The notes: generated by a model not told the origin, from the sequence alone. DNA of 64,000 nt from Microbotryum violaceum (GCA_001244265.2 CDLV01000006.1:620001-684000), one strand, 5' to 3'. Positions 25,606-39,219 are shown, counted from the first letter of the stretch. Made by a program: numbers and translations.

Positions 25606-28494
25606 CTACTCGATATCAACGCTGACGATCCGTACATCATCGAAAGGCTTATCCGTCTTGTCCGTTCGAACGTTCTCAATCGCATGGATCACATCCATAC
25701 CGCTCGTCGCCCTCCCAAAGATACTGCACAACCACGTGTCCCATCGAACATCAGTCTAAGTTCTCGACTCAACATAGCCTTCTCGGAGGATATTCGATCC
25801 GGACTGTTCGTTGGACTCACGAATGCTTGTTGTCGAGCCAAGGTGCGGGAACGGTGGTGATGAAGAATTGACTGCCGTTCGTTCGGGGACCGGCGTTGGC
25901 CATACTGAGCGTGTAAGGTCGGTCATGTTTGAGAGTTGGGTGGAATTCGTCCTCAAAAGCTGAACCCCAGAGGGATTCTCCTCCTGTTCCGTCACCGAGG
26001 GGATCACCGGTTTGTAGCATCTAGGTTCGGGGTTAGTTCATTGCGTCAGCCAGCAAATTCGGCTTTAACAACCCCCGAGAAGCTGATCGAGCTTACAAAC
26101 TTGGGGATGACTCGATGAAAGATGATCTCATCGTAATAATGCTTTCTCGCCAACCCCACGAAATTCTCCACCGTCTTGGGCACCAAATCGCCAAACAGTT
26201 CAAACGTAATATCCCCTTTGGTCGTATGAATAACCGCCTTCTTCCCCAACGGTCCCTGAGCGGCTGCCGTAGGAGCAGCGATTTGCATCTCGTCGCGCGT
26301 CGGTTTCTCGTTGAAGATGTCACGATCGTGCGATTTGTCGTCGGGGCTCGAGCGGGTGAAGAGATAGAAACGAGGTCGTTTCCATGCTGTGCAGAAGAGT
26401 GTGGGGTCCCTTTCCTCCGTTTGGTTCAACAATGGATTCTCTGAAGTCGCCATCGCGAGGGTTGTGATTCCCTTCTTCGGCGGGACACCTTGGTACAGAG
26501 CGAGGTTGAGGTATCGCACCGTTTCGTCCTTGCCGAGCATTCGAGAAACCTTGTTCGTCACCGTGTTGACAACTAGTAGTCCCGGTAAATTCACGACTTG
26601 AGTCAGCTTAGCAGCTCAACCAAAGAGTCGATAGATCCCCTAGGGCTCACCTTTGATACCGAGCATAGTCGGGTATATCACAAACTTGCCCCCTTCGTCC
26701 CAGACAGGGGCACCCACACTAATTCCCGAGCGATTCTCCAACACCGCTTCTAAAGCCCCCTTCTCCAACTCTCGTTCGGTCGCAAGACGGCGTCCAAATT
26801 CCATCGAGTCCATCTTGACCCCTGCCGTACCGGCTTGTTGCATCTCTTGCGTCGCCGTGAGCGATTCGTCGTAGGCTCGATGCAGCTTGCCCGTTAAGAA
26901 GTTGAAGGTCGTCAAGCGTAAATCTGGGAGAGAAAGAACGGCGAACAAATTTGAAGTCGGTGCAAGTGAGAGTGCGACGGGAGTTGATTTGCTCTGCAAG
27001 GCGAACAGACGGATGGTCAGTGTCAATCGGTAGTGCCCACGTGCGGTGCGAAGTTAGGAGATAGACTCTGACCTTTTTGAACTCGTACAATCCAGTGGCA
27101 CTCTTGTTGGTCCATTCTACACTGTCGGGCTTCTCGAACGGTTCCCGCGGCTCCCAGTACTCGACCATGCCCCCGACATCAATCGAGATGACGGTGTCGT
27201 ACAAAGGATTGTACTGTCAGTGTAGAAGATGATGCGATATGAGCAAAGAGCGCTACAACGTTTAAGGCGCAATACACGGCTACTCACTGCCATGAGGTGC
27301 ACACTCTTGCGATGCAGGGAATCGAGGACGTGCAGAGGTTTGCCGTCCCCACGTCCATCGTAAATCAGGATCTTCGACGAGTCAAAATCGGTGCTGTTTG
27401 CCAGAGGTGCTGTCAGCTTCTCTGTCCTGCCAGTATCATAGAACTATGAGCCTTACATGGCCAATAAGGACCGTCCGTCTCCTCGACCGTGTAGCCAGCA
27501 GCAGATGCGAGGGTTGAAAGGCAGCTTGAGAATGTTGATCATGTCTGAGCGAATCGATCGGAGGGGTCAGACTTTGGCTCGAGAATGCCCTCGCATCAAA
27601 GTTTGAGCTCGCCCTTACCAAAGTTCTCAACATCAAACACTTTCGCACTCCCTTTCACTTCCAAACCTTCGACCGTCTTCCCACCCTGATCGCTACCCAA
27701 ACTGGCGAGGGATCTGCCGTCATCGGACGCGGCGATGGCGACGATGGGTGAGAGATGTGTGCGGTAATGCTTGACGAACTCGATCCCTTCTGCCTGCTTC
27801 TTCCAGAACTTGAGGTGTCCATCGACGGAGGAGGTGATGAGGAAGTCGGTCCTGCACACAGAGAACATTGACGGTGGGATCAGTCTGTGACGCCCTCGGG
27901 ACAGTGTTGGCTCTGACGGTGTACGCACCGAGTGAGTACGACACCGGTGACGGTATCTCGATGCATGAAGGACTTGTAGTATCGATCGGCGGAAGGAAGG
28001 TGATCGAGGTAGAGCTTCTCGTGCGCGAGCACTGTGGTTGAGACGGGGTTCAGGCATCCACCAAGAAGGTCGGGGGGCATGAACTGAGCTTTCCAGTTTT
28101 TCTGCGAAATAAAAGCATGTTGCACTACTCTAGCACTCACCTTTCCTTTTCTTGGTTGGTACAGCTCCTGCAGGCAAAGGCATCGGCCCGAAATCGTCGT
28201 CGTCGTCGTCGTCGTCGTCGTCCTCCTCCTCCCCCCCGACCAATTGCTGAGCGCCGTCTGCGGCTGTAGGTTCCCCGTCCTGGTGTTCTGCTCGGTGACC
28301 GTTCGTAGCTGCCTCGCCGGTCGGCTCTAGTACGACAGCTGTCGAGCAATGCTCGAGGTGAGTGTCAGTTCCATTACGTTTGCTTCCGAGGGCAGCGCAG
28401 GGAGCGAGCTGCAACCAATGGACTGACGAGCTTCAAAGTCGACCGCATCAATCTCGCGAGCTCGTTTGCCGAGACTTGTAGCTTCTGACGACAT
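25606..28494 (-). CDS. WD40-repeat cyclophilin (PPWD1/Cyp15-like)
   Basis: [46 protein letters not shown], cyclophilin core [25 protein letters not shown] and [21 protein letters not shown] 28494 ([13 protein letters not shown]). Confidence 0.95.
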
Positions 28495-28638
28495 ACTGGT
28501 CCAATCGTGGGGCGGGAGCGGGGGGTGTACGGCAGAGGGAAGGAGCGGAGGGGAGGCCGTTTACGCGCTGAGGTTGGCCATCCGGGGCAAGCGGTCCGTG
28601 CGCGAAAGACCGGCAATCACTGATCAGCGCTCTGGAGT

Positions 28639-28716
28639 TTCGGCTCACGGTTCGGCTCACGGTTCGGCTCACGGTTCGGCTCACGGTTCGGCTCACGGTT
28701 CGGCTCACCTTTCGGC
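28639..28716 (+). repeat. (TTCGGCTCACGG)~6 tandem array in a bidirectional promoter
   Basis: Five full 12-bp units plus partials, between divergent ATGs at 28494 and 28761. Confidence 0.95.
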
Positions 28717-28760
28717 AACTATCCTTCTCCGTCGGCCCCGGTTCGCGCGATTAGTCGAGG

Positions 28761-30227
28761 ATGGCATCGTCCTGGAAGTGGAAAAGTCGTATCCCCGCCA
28801 TCCTAGCCTCAGGCCCATCGCTTCTCGCTTCCGCCGAAGAACGTCGTACGACCGCCCCTGCTGCCGAGCAGAACCCCCGAGCTGTCATCACCCACAACTT
28901 CTACAGCCAGGACCAAGCCCCGACTGCTCTGCAGCTCACCGTATCTCTCGATTCATCAAATGGAGCACCCAGTAGTCGAACGGCGGTCTATCTCGACGCG
29001 CTCGATTTGTGCGAGAGCGCTTTTACGCAGCAAATTCTCGACTGGTTTATCGAGGTGAGTCATCATTCTCGCTGCCTTGTGGTGCTCGCACCGGTCATCT
29101 TCACCCGAAAATAACCAACGCAATGATACCTGTTCTCACTGGGCTCGTCACAGCATGCAGTGAGCCTGAACCTCGACTTCAACGCACCAAAGCCAATCGT
29201 GATCGACTCTTCAGTCCTGCGTGAGTCACCCCACCACCTTCAACTGTAATCGCCACTGGCACGTGACGATCTTCTGATTGGCCCTTCTCTCACAGTGCCA
29301 ATGTACCCCCTCAACATCCACCTCCATCTTCACTTCAACCTCCCTCTGCCGTCAAAGGCATCCTCCCCCTCATCTCCTTCCGCCGAGGCCTTGCGCGAAT
29401 GGCTCACCTCCCCCACCTCGGTCCACCTCACAGTCCGACCCTTGATTACCAAAATGCTTCCCAAGCTCGCCTCCGTACTGGTCAAACAATTCCCGAATGA
29501 CCTCAATCCTCGCTGGGCACAGGTGAGTGTCATGCTCGTACCACCTAAGAGGTGAACCGCTTTCACATGATATTGCGCCACTAATCATCTTTTCCTCCCC
29601 CCCCCCCCCCCCCCCCCCCCCGCCACTTCCATCAGCGCCTCGCAAACGACCGTAAATCCTACCCCTACCTTTCGAAAGCGCTGAACGATATATTCCTCAC
29701 CTTTGAGCCCGGATCCGAGAATTGGATCGATTTACAAACGGTCAAGAGACATCTGGCTCGACTGGAGGAGCACACCGCGGTGGAGGATCACTTTGCAGGG
29801 GGAGGGGTCATCGGGGGTATGATGGGTTTGATGGCGAGGAGGTACGGGAATCCGGATGCGTGGAAGGCAAAAGGTGGGGAAGCTAACTCTAAGGAAGGGG
29901 AACGCCGTTCGAATAAGGTAGGTGCGACTCGTGCCTACGAGAACAGATGGCGAGGCGGAATGTCGACCTGACTTTCGCGTTTCAAAGGCAGCTCCCTCGC
30001 AGGAGCTTCAAGGATGGGAGTTTCCCGATCGACTTCTGGACGGGTCGGATGGGGAACTTGAACATGTTCAGCAAGAAGGTGAAGAACAAAGCTTTGAATC
30101 GATTTTGACGGATGAAGACGCCGACCCCTCTGATGGGATCCTGGACGAGGATTTGATGAGCGCCGGACTGGCCGACGATGATGATGAGCAGATGGATTCA
30201 ATGGATATTCTAGATCTCTTCGACTAG
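28761..30227 (+). CDS. Hypothetical protein with acidic C-terminus
   Basis: ATG 28761, several GTGAGT..AG introns and coherent exons ending MDSMDILDLFD*. No family recognised. Confidence 0.55.
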
Positions 30228-30366
30228 TTTAACGCTTCGATAAGAGTTGCCTAGATTTGTATGACACTATCGTTGGTTAGCCAACATACCTGTAGGTCCA
30301 GTTATATCCACCTAGTCATATCCACCAACCAGATTTTTTTTGTTCTCAACTATCCATCACACCTTC

Positions 30367-32220
30367 CTACATTTTAGCCCCGCTCCCAAAGACGTGGTTC
30401 GCAAAAATCTAATACAAGTGTAAGGGTGTTGAGATCAGTGCCCCTCCCCTCCTCCGCTCCGCCTTTAAGTCAGCCCCTCCTAGACTGACCTCGACATCCT
30501 TCCACAACTCCTTGGGTTTCTCGAACGCCGCGAAATGACCTCCCTGTGAAGCCACAGCCTAAAACCAATCAATCCCGCACCCTAGACGATACACCCTCTC
30601 TGTACGAACGCAACTCACACGCTCATGCGTCGTAAATTGAACGACGTTCCCCGTCTTCTCGATCAGGACCCGCGGTGTCGGCATCAGTTCTTGAGGGAAC
30701 CACGAGAACCCAACAGGTTTGGAGATGAACCATTCTGGTTTATCGATGCTCATGGAAGTGCGGCCATGAACCTTTAAATAGAGCGCGGAAATGAAGGATG
30801 GTCAACTTCGGCTGGCCCTTCGGCGAGTGCACAAGTGAGAACTACGATGATAGAGATAGAAGAAATGGTTCGCTTACTTCGCGATAAGGGTAGACGGAGC
30901 GCGCGATCGTGTCCGTCAAATACCACACCGTCACCGAATCCAAGATGTCGTCGATCGAGATGTCCTCGTCGGACCAATCCAAGAACTTCTCGCCGACCCT
31001 GGGATGAGCGCAAACTCACATCTTGAGACATATGATTTGTCTCCCGTCCAAGTCCAGTAGCCAACTCACCAAGCAAGTAACGCCAGGGGAGAACTCTGCA
31101 AGACAAAGCCAATAGTCGAAGGTCGAGTCGCATGGAAGTTGGCGTATGCACTACCTTCCTTGCGCCACTTTTCGGCGCGTTGCAAGCCGGCCTGCTCGTG
31201 TTTCTCCAAGGAGGAGGCGTCAAAGTCCCGAGGCGTCGGGACGGGAGCAAAGCTGAGATGAACGGCTGTTGTTTGAACAAGCAGAAGGAGAACCATTTAG
31301 GAGTGGCTCTTCGTACGTTTCATGGTACAGAAGATGCTCGGACCCACCTCTGCAGTTATCACTCTTGACGCCGAGGTAGCGCGAGACCCACGAGCCAATG
31401 TCGCCTCCCTGAGCGATGTACCCACTGCATCCCAAACCGACCAAGAGCTTATCCATCACTTTGGAGCACTCGATGATATCATAATCCCGATCGGTCGGGG
31501 GGCCGGATGTGAAGGTGTATCCGATCAAAGACGGTACGATAACGTGGAAAGGCAAGGCGGACGGATCGGAGGCGTAGCGCGTCTTCAGGTCCGTGAGGAT
31601 GGGGATGAACTCGAGGAAGGATCCTGCGGGGACATGTACACGATTGGTGAGACTATTTCTTGGTGAACTTCGGGATGATCGTAGAAGAACGTACCTGGCC
31701 AACCGTGGAAGAGCGCGATGGGTTCCGCATTCGGGTTGGTCGAGAAGAGCGCGGCGAAATGGACCGCATGGACTGTACCTTGGTCATCCTCGATGTCGAC
31801 CTTGTACTGTGGGATTTCGTTGATCTTGGCTTCGCGCTTGCGCCTGTACCGGAGTGACAGAGGACGTCGAAGAGTCAGCTAAATTGTGCACAACCCAGGC
31901 GACCATGGCGCCCCACATGAACGTCGATTATGGCGTCATCACGCTCGCAGAGGCGGCCTCACCACCATCAGCTCCCGCTCAAGTGCTGCAGATGGTGCAT
32001 GGTAAACTCACCAATCGAATCCATCCTCCCACCTCCTCTTGGCCTGGACGAACCACTCTCTCTTGACGCCATAGTCCCGATCGGTCTGCTCCCACGTCAG
32101 CGCCGGCACTCGACCCAATCGAACGAGATGCGCCAGGTCCGACAACTCTTGATCGCTGAACGAGATCTTGAATGGCGTGGGAGCGAGCGTTGTTCCGAGG
32201 GGAAGCGTTGTGAAGGACAT
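30367..32220 (-). CDS. Epoxide hydrolase (EHN + alpha/beta hydrolase)
   Basis: PTPFKISF..W..GFDW (EHN domain), HGWPGSFLEF oxyanion motif, AQGGDIGS nucleophile and GGHFAAFEKP. Confidence 0.93.
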
Positions 32221-33003
32221 GATCGATGCAATGGGGCGGGTAGCGCAAGAGCGTCTGGTCGAGTTTCCAGGGAAGATAGGGCAAGGTCTCAAAGGTAGGC
32301 GATCGAATTATACATATTGTGTGGGGCCCGGCCCGATGTGCACCGCCGAGCTCTCTGCACCATGATAAAGCCTCCACCGTTCTCAGCTGTGTTATCTAGG
32401 CACGAGTCTAATTTTCTTGACGTGACTAACCCGTCATGCCTCCATCTCCAGGTTGCCGAATCGTTGATGTCTAGTAGCCAGCCCGGTGAACCGAATCATT
32501 TTTGTATGTTTTTGTTATGTATATTTTTTATTTTTTATTATTTGTTATCTTTTGACACTTCTATGGCCCTTCTTCTACGAGTCCGCCGAATAGAGTCTGC
32601 CGTTCACGGTCTCTCAATCCGACTCGATCCCACTTCACCCATCATACGCCGAGCGAGCGGGCACTGGCAGCCGACACCGTGCCAAGAGATGTGCCAGAAA
32701 GACTTGGGTGCGTTCGTGATGCACATGCAAAATATGGACCGATTATTGTGACGTGGACGTGGGTCGGGGACGCGAGCTGTTGACCCAATGGAGGGATCCC
32801 AGGGAGAGGGGGTGTGCGGTGTCTTAAGTCTTCGGGCCTAAGACTTCCCCATCCGAGTGGACTATATGCATGCGAACCTTGCGCAAGTGCTGCTCGGAGA
32901 AAGAGAAGACCCTCTGGTGATCTTTAGGGGAAATGGGGGTGTATAAGAAGGGGTGGTAGCGTTTGCCTGCGTTCACAAAAACGAGGACGGCCATCACCTC
33001 CGA

Positions 33004-33163
33004 CACCTCACCACGGTCAAAAAGGTCCGCTTTCGGTTTCACCTCGGGATCCTACGTTCAAGGCGGTGCTGTGTCTCGGACTCCTACATTGAGCCTCCTT
33101 CGTAACCATTTTCTCGTTCCTAGTGCTTTCCTTTGTGATTCGAGATTTGCATGCACCACGGAT
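33004..33163 (+). repeat. Diverged third copy of the fold-back arm sequence
   Basis: Collinear blocks shared with 12530-12746: GGTTTCACCTCGG, GGCGGTGCT, ACTCCTACATTGAGCC and GCATGCACCACGGAT. Confidence 0.8.
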
Positions 33164-34160
33164 CAGGGGGAACTTCAGGCCTACCCATTTTATTGGGCAC
33201 CAAGGACCTATACCTCAGAGAAGAAGAAGAGGGAAAAGGCAGGGAGCATACGTGGTGCCATAATCTCGCGTTCAAAGTCAAGTCGGTGCCTTATCCGGGA
33301 CGTCGACAGGAACATCATGAAAAAAGCAATCGGGTTTTTTTCATAGACAGCGACGCGCCTGAGCGACCTGTTTCAATTAAAAAGGGAGCTCTCGACCCCG
33401 GTGCTCAAAGTTCGCGGTCGATTTGCGGAGAAGCCCATTTCCTGCGGATTTGTCAGCCTATCAGTCAGTTCAATCAGGGCCAACTTCCCGACTCAGGCCG
33501 TGCCGTATGGCATCAGCGCTGCTGAGATCCCTAGCAGATCGGAGGGCCTGAGATACTCAGTCTTTTTCAAGTGCACCATGCCTTACACACCGGTGCCTAC
33601 ATGAAACACTTAAGTGTGCTTCTTCCTTCTTGGGCTTGATGGGGGAGTTTCGGGTCAAAATTCGAGGCGAAGCCGCGCTTATGCAGCACGGCGGGGTCGA
33701 GTTATATATATATGTATCGTGTCGGCGCTGCGCAAGTTACCGACACCCACACATGGGAATCCATCATGGGAGGCGACACGGCAGACAAAATTAGGCACAT
33801 CTCTTACCTTTCAGGTATCCGCCCATGTGGACGTAATTAAAAAAGTGGATTACGGATCCGCTAATATGTACCTCCTTTGAAATATGGCGAAAAGCGAAGC
33901 GCGCATGCAGCCGCTGCAGTGAATGCATGTGATCGCGCAAGCTGCGACAGCGCACAGGCCAACGACGCGGGGCATCGGCGCAGGCGAGTCCAACGCCGAC
34001 GCCGCTGGCCTTGGCGCGGAACAAGCTCAAAAAGGTCGGGTCTGTCTGGCTAGTTGTATCGATGACCAACGAGCATTTCCCCTCCCCCCCCCCCCCCGCC
34101 CCCTCGCGCCCGTGCCAACCCTAGCCCGGTTCTCCCGTTGTGAGCGCCCGTACTGGACGG

Positions 34161-37100
34161 ATGGACAGCAACATGTCATCGTCGTCGACTCCGGCGTCGT
34201 CGTCATCGTTGTCGGCCCTTGCAGCCGGCGGTCCGGCGATCGGGAGCGGCAGCAGTGGCACTGGCAGCTCTGGTGACCGTCAGGACTACTTTGGCACGCT
34301 CGCCATCGTCGACTCTGCCGGCGCATCTGCGAAAGCACCCGCCCCAGCGACACTCACCGGCGACAACAGTAGCAACCACTACAACCACCAACCTCTGCAC
34401 CACCCGACCGCGTACCCTTACCACGCCTCTTGGGTCGCAGGATCAGTAGCACCCGCACCAGGATCAGCGACAGCAGCCGCGTCGCCATCAGCAGGAGCCC
34501 CCGCAGCCTCCGCGCTCTCAGCAGCAGTCGGAGATCTATCCAACGTTCTCGAGCCGACCAGATCGAGGCCCAGCCTGCACGACCGCGGCGCACCGTTGGG
34601 ATCGCCTTCGACCTTGTCCAACGTGGGAGCGGCGTGGATCAACCGTTACCACCAAGCGATGCCGCGGCATACAATGTCGAACGGGACGATGACGACGACG
34701 GCCCCGGCATCTGCGACCTCCAGGGGTGGGACGCTACACCCCGCGAACGATCCGGCACATGCGATCGTCCCGAATCAGGGCCACCACGCGCACGGCCATG
34801 CACAAGCTTATCCGCATCACCCAGCCTACTCAAACTACCCAGACTCGTCGTCGTCGCACCACACGCAGCAATTCAAGTCGGGCGGCGCCGCGCTGTCGCA
34901 TCTGCTCCACTATACCGACCAGACCGAGACCTCGTCGGCCGCTCCCCACTGTAATCCCCATGGCGGGTCCGCACCGTACCCAACCCCTGTCACCCCTTCG
35001 CTCCTGTCATCGTCCAACATGTCATCGAATCAAACCTCGATAACACACGTCGAGTCCTCCGCTCTCGAGGTGGCACCGAACTCGGTATCCTCGTCGGCAG
35101 CGGCGGCGGCGGTAGCAGCAGCAGGAGCGACGGCCCCGGGATCGCTGCACATCCCTATGGCCAAATCAACGACGACAACTACTACAATGGGGCATCCTAT
35201 CGCGACCTTTTCCCATATGCACTCCCATCTGTGGCCCTCGTACCCATCTTCTACGGTCGCGTCGAGCTCAACGAACCTTGGCCCGGCAGCATCTCGGCAG
35301 TTAGCTCCGCCGGCGGCTGCAACGGCCCCCGCGCCGATCAACTTGGTGCACGAGCTGCTTTATTCGTTGCACCTGACGCAGTATTATGATGTGAGTCCTT
35401 TCTCCATTGGATCTGGCTGTTCACTGCTTTCCATGCGCCCCAGCATCGCTGGTCATCATTGGGTTGTGACGTCCGTTTCATGGCCGGGCTATCTTTCTGG
35501 TGCTCTCCACTGATCCCCGCGCCCGCCGACCCCTAAAACTCCGTGATCAGACATTCGTCGCGGAAGGTTTCGATCGACTCGAGTGAGTGTTTCTCTTTCG
35601 CGCATGTGCTTTTGGAGGTCTCCCCCTTCATGTCGTGGCATCACATGTGACTAATTTGTGTGCTCGTCTTCTTTATCTCCGCTCTCCTACCCCGTCTGGC
35701 TTCCGCTCGCGCTTCCCTGATCGACGGTGGGCTCTTCGCGTCGGCGTCATGCCATTCTTCTCGACCTTCTGTCTTCGCGCGCGTCCTTTTTTTAGAGCGC
35801 TCGACGATATTACGGAAGCCGATTTCGAAGCCGTGGGCGTTCGCAGGGGTCATCGAAGATTGATACAGCGACATTTGGCATCCATTAAAGGTAAATCGAT
35901 TCTATCATCCCCTAGCGTACAATTTTCTCCTTCCGGCTGGCAACGCTGTATCAACATCACAACGGCGCCGTCGGTCTCGGGCAGCTAGCTGTTCGGAACC
36001 CTCGCGCTGATCAGCTTTCTGTCGGGCTATCTCTGCGTGCTTCACCTTCTTGCCTCTGTTGTTGCAGGTCTACCCACCTCGGCGCCGTTGGTCTTGCCCA
36101 TCGCTTTGGGGCATGGCGAGAATGGAACGATTTCTACTGTACCCGCGCTCGCAGCGGTCAAGAATCATGGTCTCGGCAAGGCGGAATGGGTCGACCCAAC
36201 CGTTGCCGACCAGGCCCAAGTCGTGGACGCAAATGCTGCGGACGAGTTTGCGCCCAAGTCCAAGATGGAAGATGAGGTCGAAGAAAGTGACGACAACCAA
36301 ATCGGTGATGTCTCGGTGGCGACGACGTTGGTAGAGGATCAGGAAATGTCGAACCTGTCTTCTTCGACGGGTGCGTCGAGGGCCAGGGGAGGGAGCAAGT
36401 CGAGGGGCGTCAAGAGGAAGAGCATCGCTCCTGCGAAGACGCTTCCTACTTCAGGTGAGGCTTGTTACCATTCCGTGTTACACGAAAAATCTCTGAAGCT
36501 GATTAACAATGTGGGCACCTCGCTCAGTGACGCAAACGAACCGCAACGTTTTTTACATCCATCCAACGAACTCGGCCTCGGTGACTCGATCGACCACTGC
36601 CTCGCGTACAGCAGTTCCGATCCAGACTACCGCCGTCTCAACTTCGGCCACTCCGGGTACGCCGATGAACCCGACGATGAACCCGGCCAAGCGTCGTTAC
36701 CGACGTCACCCGAAACCGGACCCCAACGCGCCGGTCAAACCTTCTTCCGCGTACGTCGAATTCTCCACCTCAATCCGCGCCCAATTGGGTACCTCGAAGT
36801 CGTTCACCGAGATCGCGCGCATCGTCGGTGAGAAATGGCAAGCTTTACCGTGTTTGGAGAAAGCCGACTTGGAACGTCGGACGATCGAAGCGAAGGAGGC
36901 GTACGCGAGGGATTTGGAACTTTATCAGCAGGGGAAGGAGTGGAGGGAGTACGAAGCCTATTTGAAGCAGTTTAGGGCCAAGTACCCTGATAGTGCGATC
37001 GGACCTTCGACGACGGCGGCAGGGGTGGCGGAGCTGGAGACGGGGTCGTCACCTGCTCCTTCGGGTTCGGGTTCGGGTTCGACTGCGGGGAAGGAGAGCA

Positions 37101-37495
37101 AGGTGGTCGGATGTGGTAAGGGTCGGGGTGGGAGACGCTCGAGTACGCGTACGGTCCAACTCGCCGCTCCAGTGGGCGAAGTCGCGCCGACGCGTTCGGT
37201 TCGGATGGGCCGGCGCACATCGGCAAGACGATCTTTGGCTAAACATGGGGCACGCGAGGAACTCAGTTCAGATTCGGATTTGGATGGCGATGGCGATGGG
37301 GAAGGGGAGGGTGAGGATGTTGACGGGGAAGGTGAGACCGATGAGGACCCTTTGGTCGGCTCATCGACGACGACGATGACGAATGGGAATGGTGTGGGTG
37401 TGGAGGGGAAGGGGGAAGAGTTCGACAAGGAACAATGGGATGCGGTGAGGGTCTTGGCCAATGTCCATCGAAGGGAATGCGAACTATCGCGTTGA
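34161..37495 (+). CDS. SAM-domain + HMG-box protein
   Basis: Spliced SAM (LHLTQYYD-TFVAEGFD-ITEADFEAVGVRRGHRRLIQ) and HMG box (KRRYRRHPKPDPNAPVKPSSAYVEF...FTEIARIVGEKWQAL); long low-complexity N-terminus. Confidence 0.85.
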
Positions 37496-37807
37496 AGACA
37501 AGGGGACGTCGTGGGAACGAAGTTGGAGGAGGAAGGGGATGGGCTCTCAAGGGGGTGGGAGGTAAGAGGTCGCTTGCTGTATCTCTTCCTTCCACAGGAG
37601 GAGAGTCGAGGAAGGAAGAGAAAAAAAGTCGGAGTTTCTGTTCATTTTTGTTGTACGACTCGCAAACGATTTCTTCAGTGTTCTTTCTCTAGTAGTACTA
37701 AAAAGGGCATAAACGACAAATGATCCGCGCATTAAAAGACTTTTTATTTATCACAAAAGTCACATACACCAGAGAGTTGCCTTATGCATACATTCCATCC
37801 AATCCGA

Positions 37808-39084
37808 TCAAATGGGGATCCACTCGACCTTGAACCTGCGCTCCTCACTCCCTACCTGGGTCAACCACCTCCCCTCCTCTTTCGCGAACCGATCCCATTC
37901 CCTCTCCCTGGTACCACGAAGGACCAAAGTTTTCAGACGATGGAAACTCCCCCCTCCGCCTACGAGAAAGTGTTGACGAAGTATGGCGTTCATCCCTTGG
38001 ACGTTGTAGGATATAGTTAGGTCGAGGTGTTGGAGATGGGTATGGCGGCTCGCGGAGAGCTTTTCGAGGAGGACGTCGAGGGGCACTTTAGGATGCAGGG
38101 AGAGGTGGGTTAGGTTGGATGCGCCGATGGACGCGGAGGTTCTTCTCTCGTGAGGGGAGTTCGGTCCAAATGCGTCTTGTAAGAAGCGCTCATCAGGTGG
38201 ATGATGTATCGCCAACTCTTTCAACCCATTCCCCAGAGCCAAAGGGAGGGCCTCGATCAGGTTCGGATAACACGATGATCTAGGAACGAGGGAAAGAGTC
38301 AGCGAGGTGAGGTAGGGGCATTGGAGGAGGGCGAAGAGGAGTGGGGAGGGGATTGAGGGTGTGCCGGATAGAGTGAGGGTTCTCAGTGTCGAGCGGAAGG
38401 GGAGATATAGGGGCTCGCGGAGGAGGAGAGGGAAGGAGCTGCGCGGGAGGGGCACGAAGGAGGTGGAGAGGTAGAGAGTGTGGAGGTCTGGGAGAGGAGC
38501 ATGATAGGCTGAGCTGATAGGCGAACGAGGATAGTGAAGTGCGGCCTGTACTAACTCGAAAGGGAAGGTCCTTGCAATGCCTTGACGGGCAACGACTTGA
38601 AATCGAAGAGCTCGACGGTCGAGACCCGTTCGGCCTTGAGCAAGCATTTCCTCGCCGTGTTGGCGCTGATCCCATGGCCGGCGACGATACCCGCCATGGA
38701 CAAGGCGTGGGTTATCAAATGGCTTGAGGACGTGGTTGAAGGTCGTTTGGAGGATAGCCACCGATTCGCAGCGGACGAAGTGGAGAGCTTGATCGACGCG
38801 TTGAGCAGCGATTGCGAAGGCAAGAGAAAGAAGCGCGAGACGAGGGCGTAGGAGAGGAGGACTCTGGTTCGACTCGAGTGGTCCGAAGGGAGGGTCAGGT
38901 CGATGATGTAGTGGATCAGTTCGAAAGGGAGGGAGTGAATCGGGGAGGACGAGCTCTTGCGAGAACAACGGCACGAGTCGGAGGCGATGACGTCGTTGGG
39001 ACTGCACGAGGATGAGGCGTAGGAGGAGGTCGAGGCGGTCGAGTCGAAAGAAGAGATCGACGAGGACCTGTAGATGGATGCCAT
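37808..39084 (-). CDS. F-box-like / LRR-like protein
   Basis: PIHSLPFELIHYIIDL...LLSYALVSRFF..SQSLL; LRR-like LRTLTL, LTSLTL, LQHLDL and LKTLVL; one intron near 38550-38490. Confidence 0.7.
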
Positions 39085-39219
39085 TACATTGTGTTTGACG
39101 CAGAAGTGGCGTGTGCACACCCCAGCTATGTTCGGTTGCTGAGTGGTCGCCGCCGGGGCACGTGAGTGGGAGAGCAAAAGTCGATTACACCACCTTGAAG
39201 TTCTCATTAGCGATCCACA

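Noticed and set aside
29597..29621. Long C/G homopolymers (also ~18605, ~18733, ~34085)
   Set aside because: Ordinary slippage tracts in introns and UTRs with unreliable lengths.
34161..37495. HMG gene as a mating-type locus
   Set aside because: No homeodomain, pheromone or STE3 receptor genes in the window, and the HMG box is the KRRYRRHPKPD SAM-associated type.
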